Source of the DNA: Candidatus Bipolaricaulota bacterium
Lineage (GTDB): Bacteria > Bipolaricaulota > Bipolaricaulia > UBA7950 > UBA9294
Reading direction: 5' to 3'
Length of the DNA: 11,482 nt
NCBI GenBank assembly: GCA_040752575.1
Contig: JBFMGK010000074.1
Coordinates: 1 to 11,482 of the forward strand
The position numbers and the translations under genes were made by a program. Of this stretch, positions 1 through 5,821 are shown piece by piece; position 1 is the first letter of the stretch; each line of letters opens with the position of its first letter. Under the pieces are notes generated by a model. The model made no database searches. It had not been told where the DNA came from and saw only the letters and a list, made by a program, of their open reading frames with translations.

Positions 1-1
1 C

Positions 2-652
2 ACGGTCGCTCTCCTTCAGAGCGACCTCAAACGACTCATCGCCTACGGTGCCGTCTCGCAGATCGGCTACATGCTCCTCGGGGTGGGCGTCGCCCTTATC
101 GTGAGCGCTACCCGGCCGGCCTTCGGCCTCGTCGCGCTGCGCGGCGGGTTGTTCCACATGATCAACGATGCCGCGTGCGTCGGTCTGTTGTTCCTGGCCT
201 CGGGGGCAGCGACGCGCGCAGCCGGAACAAGGGACCTGGAGCGCATGGGCGGCCTCGCGCATACGATGCGCTGGACGACGGGGTGCTTCCTGATCGGAGC
301 CCTCGCGCTGGCGGGAGTCCCCCCCTTCAACGGGTTTGCGTCGAAGTTCCTTATCTACGAAGGTTCGTTCCTCCTCAATCCGTTCCTGTCGGTCGTCGCG
401 ATTCTCTCGAGCATCCTGCTCCTCGCTGTGTTCGTGAAGGCCTTCCAGGCTGCCTTCCTCGGCCCACGACCTGCGATGGCACCGAGGGAAGCGCCAGCGG
501 GCCTCCTCGTGCCGATGGTTCTTCTCGCCGTGGTGGTCGTCGTGTTCGGCCTTTTCCCCGGCGTCTTCCTCGACCGCGTCGTGTCGCCGGCGGCCGACGC
601 TCTCTGGAACGGACGTGACCTGTACATCCGCGCAGTGCTGGGAGGTTTCTGA
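2..652 (+). CDS. mbhH: Membrane-bound [NiFe]-hydrogenase antiporter-like subunit (MrpD/NuoM/N family, MbhH-like), 5'-truncated by the window edge
   Basis: Frame +2 is open from nt 2 (TVALLQSDLKRLIAYGAVSQIGYMLLG...), so ATG 71 is internal. It shows proton-conducting transporter motifs DLKRLIAY..VSQIGY, LFH..N...LLFL, DL..MGGL and GVPPFNGFASK, with hydrophobic TM segments. It lies directly before an mbhI-like gene (TGATG overlap at 650-654). Confidence 0.85.
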   Translation, partial: TVALLQSDLKRLIAYGAVSQIGYMLLGVGVALIVSATRPAFGLVALRGGLFHMINDAACVGLLFLASGAATRAAGTRDLERMGGLAHTMRWTTGCFLIGALALAGVPPFNGFASKFLIYEGSFLLNPFLSVVAILSSILLLAVFVKAFQAAFLGPRPAMAPREAPAGLLVPMVLLAVVVVVFGLFPGVFLDRVVSPAADALWNGRDLYIRAVLGGF

Positions 653-993
653 TGTCGGGCATCGACTCGGGTTTCGGCTCCTGGAACCCGCTGGCGTGGG
701 CACTTCTCTTCCTCGGCGCCGGCCTCGTCGCGCTGGGGTTCCGCGCCTTGGGCAGAAGCGACCGCAAGCGCGCTTCAGAGCAGGGGCGGGCCTTCCTGTC
801 GGGCAACGAGGAGCCCCAGGAGTCTGCGGCGCTTCACGTTCGCGGCCGCCATCTGTACTGGGGCATCGTCGACGGATTGGCCGGCTATTACCGGCGTGCA
901 GCGTCCCTGCACACCGGCATCGTGAACGACTACGTCGCCTGGTTCGTCGTCGGGCTTGCCGCAGTGTGCGTGATCTTACTTGGGGTGGGATGA
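652..993 (+). CDS. mbhI: Membrane-bound hydrogenase subunit MbhI (NuoA-like N-terminal part plus lateral-helix/TM anchor)
   Basis: 113 aa. N-terminal TM (FGSWNPLAWALLF), FLSGNE loop motif, LYWG, and HTGIVNDYV followed by a C-terminal TM match the recalled MbhI layout. GGAGG at 641-645 precedes the start, and the gene sits between mbhH and mbhJ. Confidence 0.8.
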   Translation: MSGIDSGFGSWNPLAWALLFLGAGLVALGFRALGRSDRKRASEQGRAFLSGNEEPQESAALHVRGRHLYWGIVDGLAGYYRRAASLHTGIVNDYVAWFVVGLAAVCVILLGVG

Positions 994-994
994 G

Positions 995-1438
995 ATGAAG
1001 GCACTTCCTCGTTCGTTCAAGCGGGCGCTGTGGGTCTTTCACGTGGCGACCGGATCCTGCAACGGGTGTGACATCGAGATCGTTGCCGCGCTGACGCCGC
1101 GCTACGACGCCGAGCGGTTCGGCATCATGCTCACGGGGACCCCGCGGCATGCCGATGTGCTCCTCGTCACCGGGCCGGTCACAAGACCGATGATGCCGCG
1201 ACTCAAGCGAATCTACGAACAGACGCCGGATCCCAAAGCCGTGGTCGTCGTCGGCGGCTGCGGGGCCACGAGCGGGGTCTTCTACGACTCCTACAACGTC
1301 GTCGGCCCCGTTGACCGGATCATCCCCGTCGATGTCTACGTGCCGGGCTGCCCGGCTCGGCCGGAAGCCATCCTCGACGGCGTCGTCAAGGCAGTGGCCA
1401 AGCTCGAAGGCCTCGAGAGGGCAGGGGTGACGACATGA
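995..1438 (+). CDS. mbhJ: [NiFe]-hydrogenase group 4 small subunit (NuoB/HycG-like, one [4Fe-4S] cluster)
   Basis: Motifs GSCNGCDIE, PRYDAERFG, PRHADVLLVTGPVT, GGCG and DVYVPGCPARPEAI supply all four cluster Cys. ATG 995 follows the mbhI stop by 1 nt and is preferred over the TTG at 980. Confidence 0.92.
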   Translation: MKALPRSFKRALWVFHVATGSCNGCDIEIVAALTPRYDAERFGIMLTGTPRHADVLLVTGPVTRPMMPRLKRIYEQTPDPKAVVVVGGCGATSGVFYDSYNVVGPVDRIIPVDVYVPGCPARPEAILDGVVKAVAKLEGLERAGVTT

Positions 1439-1962
1439 CGCCGGACCGGATCCGAGACGCGGTACGCCAGGCCCTTGGGAAAAGGCTTCTCGACGACCGC
1501 ATTGTCGAGCGCAGCGTGGGCACGAACACTCGGCGGGCGATCTATGACCTATGGCTGACCGTTCCCCCGGACGCGTTGCACGACGCCGTGGCCGAGCTGG
1601 TCGGCCGGTTCGCCCCCCACTTCACCGTGATCTCGGGCGATGATCTCGGAGAGTCCATCTCGTTCATCTACCACTTCACGGTCGGGTGGGGAGAGAGGTT
1701 CGGAGAGGTGAGCGTCAATCTCCGCACGACGGTCGAGAAGGCCAACTTGCGTCTCCCGACCCTCACCGACCTCATCCCCGGCGCGCAGACCTCGGAACGC
1801 GAGAAGCACGAGTTCTACGGACTCGAAGTCCTAGGCATTCCGGACGATCGCAACCTGTTCCTACCAGAAGACTCGACGATTCACCCATGGCGGAAGGATC
1901 TCGAGGGCGAGACGGAACGCTTCGTACACCGTGCGGTCGAATGGGAGGCCACCGATGAATAA
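1435..1962 (+). CDS. mbhK: Membrane-bound hydrogenase subunit MbhK (NuoC/30-kDa family)
   Basis: 175 aa with the NuoC-type C-terminal motif LPTLTDLIPGA..SEREKHEFYG...RNLFLPED...HPWRKD. ATGA overlap with mbhJ; located between the small and large subunits. Confidence 0.85.
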   Translation: MTPDRIRDAVRQALGKRLLDDRIVERSVGTNTRRAIYDLWLTVPPDALHDAVAELVGRFAPHFTVISGDDLGESISFIYHFTVGWGERFGEVSVNLRTTVEKANLRLPTLTDLIPGAQTSEREKHEFYGLEVLGIPDDRNLFLPEDSTIHPWRKDLEGETERFVHRAVEWEATDE

Positions 1963-3208
1963 TCGATCGCTTCATCTTCAGCTGGGAGGCGATGCGGCCT
2001 GCTACACGGTCCCCATCGGGCCCGTCCATCCCGCACTCAAGGAGCCGATCCGCTTCACCTTCGAGCTGGAAGGGGAGCGCGTGGTCGGCGTCGACATCAA
2101 GCCAGGGTTTGCGCACCGCGGCATCGAGTACATGGCTCTCAAGCGCAATCTGATCCAGGTCCTCTACCTATCCGAACGGATCTGCGGGATCTGCTCGATT
2201 TCACACCCTATCGCGTTCACGCAGGCGGTGGAGAATGCCGCAGGGATCGAGGTCCCGCCGCGCGCTCAGTACATCCGGACGATCATCGGAGAGCTTGAGC
2301 GTATCCACTCGCACCTCCTGTGGGCCGGCGTGGGCGCGCACGAGCTGGGGTTCGACACGCTGCTTCATCTGACCTGGAACGTCCGCGAGAAGGCGATGGA
2401 CCTGCTCGAGCAGCTCTCGGGCAATCGCGTCGACTACGCGATCCCGATCGTCGGGGGCGTGCGGCGCGACATTCCCGAGGAGAAGCTGGGTCTCGCCTAC
2501 GAAGCCATCGCCTACTACCGCGGCCTGTTGGATACCATGATCGACGCGTACCTGCGCGACGCTTCCGTGGCGCGCAGGACAAAAGGGGTCGGCGCGCTCA
2601 CGGCCGAGCAAGCTCAGTCGCTCGCCGCGGCGGGACCTGTCGCCCGCGCGGCCGGGCTCCGGAAGGACGTTCGCCAAGACATGCCGTACCTGGCCTACGC
2701 GGACTTCCCGGTGCGAGCCATCACCCCTGAGGACTACGGTCTGACGCCCTCCGGGGATGTCTTTGACAACATCGTGGTGCGGCTTCTCGAGGTCGCGCAG
2801 TCGATTGAGATCATCGAGTTTTGCCTCGCGAACCTGCCCAAGGGGGAATTGACGTCGATTCCCAAGGTCGCCGCGCTCCTCGCGGCGCTGAAGAAGGCAA
2901 GCGGGGAAGGCATTGGGCGACACGAGGCGCCGCGAGGCGAGGTGTTCCACTACATCCGCCTCGAGGAGGGGAAGGAGGAGCCGTCCGCCTGGAAGGTCAA
3001 GGCGCCGACGTACTCGAACCTCATGTCGTGGGTGCCGAAGTTCCTCGGCGCGGAGATCGCGGACATCCCCATCATTGCGGCGTCGATCGACCCCTGCATG
3101 TGCTGCATGGATCGCGTGCACATCGTCACGGGAGATCGCGAGACGATCTGGACCCAGGATCAGCTCCTTCGGCTGTCGCGCGAGAAAACAAGGAGGATCG
3201 TCCAATGA
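1955..3208 (+). CDS. mbhL: [NiFe]-hydrogenase group 4 large (catalytic) subunit, MbhL-like
   Basis: Motifs GPVHPALKEP, HRGIE, L1 ERICGIC (2174-2194), ELERIHSH, EAPRGE and L2 DPCMCCMDR (3089-3115), followed by a 30-aa tail. ATG 1955 has GGAGG at 1944-1948 and is preferred over GTG 1931. Confidence 0.93.
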   Translation: MNNRSLHLQLGGDAACYTVPIGPVHPALKEPIRFTFELEGERVVGVDIKPGFAHRGIEYMALKRNLIQVLYLSERICGICSISHPIAFTQAVENAAGIEVPPRAQYIRTIIGELERIHSHLLWAGVGAHELGFDTLLHLTWNVREKAMDLLEQLSGNRVDYAIPIVGGVRRDIPEEKLGLAYEAIAYYRGLLDTMIDAYLRDASVARRTKGVGALTAEQAQSLAAAGPVARAAGLRKDVRQDMPYLAYADFPVRAITPEDYGLTPSGDVFDNIVVRLLEVAQSIEIIEFCLANLPKGELTSIPKVAALLAALKKASGEGIGRHEAPRGEVFHYIRLEEGKEEPSAWKVKAPTYSNLMSWVPKFLGAEIADIPIIAASIDPCMCCMDRVHIVTGDRETIWTQDQLLRLSREKTRRIVQ

Positions 3209-4203
3209 CGGGCACGTTCCTCGAAGCCCTCTGGCAAGGCGTTGTCGTCCTGTTCGGCGGGGCGCTCCTCGGGATGGTGTACAAGGGGCTGGATCGCAAG
3301 CTCGCGGCGCGAATGCAGTCGCGCATCGGCCCCCCGCTGCGGCAGCCGTTCTTCGACGTCGTGAAGCTGCTGGCCAAAGAGAACGTGGTTCCCGACCACG
3401 CCGTCGCCTGGTTGTACAACCTCATGCCCCTCGTCGCCCTTGCGTCGGTCGCCACGCTGTTGTTCTTCGTTCCCCTCGGGGGGCTCGCCCCTCTCCTCGG
3501 CGGCTACGGCGACCTGATCCTCGTCATCTACCTGTTGGCCGTGCCGTCGCTGGCAATGGTTCTCGGAGGTTTCGCGGCATCGTCCCCCTATGCCACGGTC
3601 GGGGCGCAGCGCGAGATGGTTATGATGATGGCGTACGAGTTCCCTCTTGCCGTGGCGCTTCTCGGCGTTGCATGGCGCCTCTCGGACGCTCTGCCGGGCG
3701 CAGCCACGTTCTCACTCGGTGTCATCGCCGCCCATCCGTTGTGGGGGCTTGTGGGCCCCCTCGGGGTGTTCGGACTCATCCTGCTGTGCGGGGCCTTGCT
3801 GGTGGTGACGCCGGCGGAACTCGCGAAGATCCCGTTCGATATCCCCGAGGCGGAGACCGAGATCGCCGGGGGACTCCTCGCGGAGTACTCCGGCCGCAAC
3901 CTGGCACTGTTCTACATCGCCGACGCCATCAAGATGGTCGCGATGTCGGCCCTTGTCGTCGCTCTGTTCTTCCCGTACGGCCTCTCGGGGATGCTCGGCG
4001 TCACGGGAGCTGCGGCCATTCTTCTCGACGCGGCGTTCTTCCTCGTCAAGACGTTCGGAGTCGTCTTCGTTGCCGTGGTCGTCGTGCGCGTGGGCTTCGC
4101 CCGTCTCAAGATCGCGCAGGCCGCGCGTTGGTTCTGGTTGCCGGTCACGGGGATCTCCCTGCTCGGCCTGGCGCTTCTGGCTCTCGACCGCATCGTCTAC
4201 TAG
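3205..4203 (+). CDS. mbhM: Membrane-bound hydrogenase membrane-anchor subunit (NuoH/HycD family)
   Basis: Motifs DRKLAARMQSRIGPP..QPFFD..KLLAKE and PFDIPEAETEIAGGLLAEYSG, about 8 TM segments. AGGAGG at 3191-3196 and ATGA overlap with mbhL. The ORF-track extension to 2821 overlaps mbhL and is not the real start. Confidence 0.92.
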   Translation: MTGTFLEALWQGVVVLFGGALLGMVYKGLDRKLAARMQSRIGPPLRQPFFDVVKLLAKENVVPDHAVAWLYNLMPLVALASVATLLFFVPLGGLAPLLGGYGDLILVIYLLAVPSLAMVLGGFAASSPYATVGAQREMVMMMAYEFPLAVALLGVAWRLSDALPGAATFSLGVIAAHPLWGLVGPLGVFGLILLCGALLVVTPAELAKIPFDIPEAETEIAGGLLAEYSGRNLALFYIADAIKMVAMSALVVALFFPYGLSGMLGVTGAAAILLDAAFFLVKTFGVVFVAVVVVRVGFARLKIAQAARWFWLPVTGISLLGLALLALDRIVY

Positions 4204-4211
4204 GAGGTCGC

Positions 4212-4604
4212 GTGATCCTCGGGACTCTGCTGAAGCAGCTCGTGCATCGCCCGGCGACGAACCCGTTTCCCGTGAAGTACATGCCGCGCTCGGTGCGCGG
4301 CCTCTTGGCGAAGGTCGCGGCGCAGAAGGCCGCCATCCATCCTCCGGTGCCGACGCCCAAAGACCTCCGGGGCAAGATCGCCTACGATCGCGAGAAGTGC
4401 ATCGGCTGCAAGCTGTGCATCCGCGTCTGCCCGGCCAGCGTCATCGAGTTCTTGCCGGAAACCAAGAAGATTCGCATGCACGTAGCCCGCTGCACCTTCT
4501 GCGCGCAGTGCGTCGACGCGTGTCCTGTGGCCGCCCTCGCGACGACCGAGGAATTCCTCCTCGCGGACACGGACCGTTCGTCCGCGCGGCTCACGGTCGA
4601 CTGA
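4212..4604 (+). CDS. mbhN: 2x[4Fe-4S] ferredoxin-like hydrogenase subunit (NuoI/HycF family)
   Basis: GTG 4212 follows AGGAGG at 4202-4207. Motifs PATNPFP, RGKIAYD, CIGCKLCIRVCP and CTFCAQCVDACP (two CxxCxxCxxxCP). 130 aa; last gene of the operon. Confidence 0.9.
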   Translation: MILGTLLKQLVHRPATNPFPVKYMPRSVRGLLAKVAAQKAAIHPPVPTPKDLRGKIAYDREKCIGCKLCIRVCPASVIEFLPETKKIRMHVARCTFCAQCVDACPVAALATTEEFLLADTDRSSARLTVD

Positions 4605-4608
4605 CGCG

Positions 4609-5814
4609 CTAGGTCATCTCGACGAAAGAGCGCTTCCCGACCTGAAGGAGAAGGGGCGGGCGGAACAAGATGTCCGCCTCGGTCGAATCGACGCGGGCAT
4701 CGTTGACGCGGACGCCGCCCTGCTGGACGACCCGCTTCGCCTCGGCGCGGCTCGCGACGAGCGCCGAGGCCTCGAGGAGGTCGATGATCCAGATCGTGCC
4801 GTCGCCCTTCAATCGCGAACGATCGAGGGGACGCTGTGGAACCTCGCGGGGACGCTCGTGATGCACGTGAATCCTGTCGAACTCGGCCTCGGCCTCGTCG
4901 GCCGCCGCCGCTCCGTGATACGCGCCGACGATGGTTCTCGCTAGCCTGCGCTTCGCATCGCGCGGCGCCTGCAGGATCTCACCGGTCACCTCGGAGAGCG
5001 GAACGTCGGTGAGGAAGACGAAGTAGGGCTCGATGAGGGTGTCCGGAATCGACAGGAGCTTTCCGTACATCGTCGCGGGCGGCTCTCCGATCCCGACGTA
5101 GTTGCCCGTCGTCTGGCTCATGGCGCGCTCGCCGTCGATCCCGAGGAGAAGAGGGACGGTCAGCACGACCTGAGCCTCCTGCCCGTACTCGCGCTGGACG
5201 TCGCGACCGACGAGCAGATTGAACAGCTGATCGGCGCCCCCCAGTTCGACGTCGGCACGCACCGCGACCGAGTCGTATGCCTGCGCGAGCGGATACAGGA
5301 ACTCCAGCACGCTGATCGAGATCCCCTCGGCGTAGCGCTTGGCGAAGTCGTCGCGCTCCAGCATCCGAGCGACGGTGTATTTCGCGGCCAACTGGATCAC
5401 GTCCGCGAAGCTCATTTTGCCAAGCCACTCGGAGTTGTAGCGCACCTCGGTTCGCTCGGGGTCGAGGATCTTGAACGCCTGGTCTGTGTACGTCGCCATG
5501 TTGCGCTCGATGTCCGCCTGCGACATCAGTGCGCGTGTTGATGCGCGGCCCGAAGGGTCCCCAATCCGTCGGGTGAAGTCCCCAACCACAAGAACGCCGA
5601 TATGCCCGAGATCCTGAAACTGCCTCATCTTGCGAAGCGGTACGGAGTGCCCCAGCGTGAGATGCGGCGCCGAGGGATCGATGCCGAGTTTCACGCGCAG
5701 GGGCTTGCCCGAGGACTCCGAGTTGGCCAGTTTCTCCACCAGGGCGTCGCGCGGGATCAGGCGATCCGCACCTCGCGCGAACGTCTCGTCGACCCATCGT
5801 TCGACCTTGCTCAT
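4609..5814 (-). CDS. tyrS: Bacterial tyrosine--tRNA ligase with C-terminal S4 domain and atypical HIGH/KMSKS motifs
   Basis: Motifs KLGIDP, IGDPSGR, NSEWL, MLERDDF, EFLYPLAQAYDSV and ELGGADQLFN, plus the S4 domain SRAEAKRVVQQGGVRVND...QVGKR. ATG 5814 lies 7 nt downstream of the gyrA stop, with GAGG upstream. Confidence 0.92.
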   Translation of the reverse strand: MSKVERWVDETFARGADRLIPRDALVEKLANSESSGKPLRVKLGIDPSAPHLTLGHSVPLRKMRQFQDLGHIGVLVVGDFTRRIGDPSGRASTRALMSQADIERNMATYTDQAFKILDPERTEVRYNSEWLGKMSFADVIQLAAKYTVARMLERDDFAKRYAEGISISVLEFLYPLAQAYDSVAVRADVELGGADQLFNLLVGRDVQREYGQEAQVVLTVPLLLGIDGERAMSQTTGNYVGIGEPPATMYGKLLSIPDTLIEPYFVFLTDVPLSEVTGEILQAPRDAKRRLARTIVGAYHGAAAADEAEAEFDRIHVHHERPREVPQRPLDRSRLKGDGTIWIIDLLEASALVASRAEAKRVVQQGGVRVNDARVDSTEADILFRPPLLLQVGKRSFVEMT

Positions 5815-5821
5815 CGTGCCC

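Noticed and set aside
2821..3204. N-terminal extension of the NuoH-like ORF
   Set aside because: It overlaps mbhL out of frame. ATG 3205 has AGGAGG upstream and an ATGA overlap.
2201..3205. 334-aa minus-strand ORF
   Set aside because: It is the antisense shadow of mbhL and has no protein motifs.
2913..4211. Apparent 563-aa ORF fusing a long N-terminus to the ferredoxin domain
   Set aside because: The N-terminal part is an Arg/Pro-rich off-frame read of mbhL and mbhM. The real start is GTG 4212 with a strong SD.
995..4604. Complex I (nuoBCDHI) or MBX/MBS sulfane reductase interpretation
   Set aside because: The large subunit has both complete CxxC Ni-binding motifs and a maturation tail, which NuoD and MbxL lack.
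4882..4911. Short tandem ctcggc/gcc repeats
   Set aside because: They simply encode the Ala/Glu-rich helix AAAADEAEAE of TyrRS and are not an array or regulatory repeat.
4609..5814. tyrS as a pseudogene
   Set aside because: It is full-length with no stop or frameshift, and its Tyr-binding residues, S4 domain and SD are conserved. The changes are concentrated in the ATP subsite.
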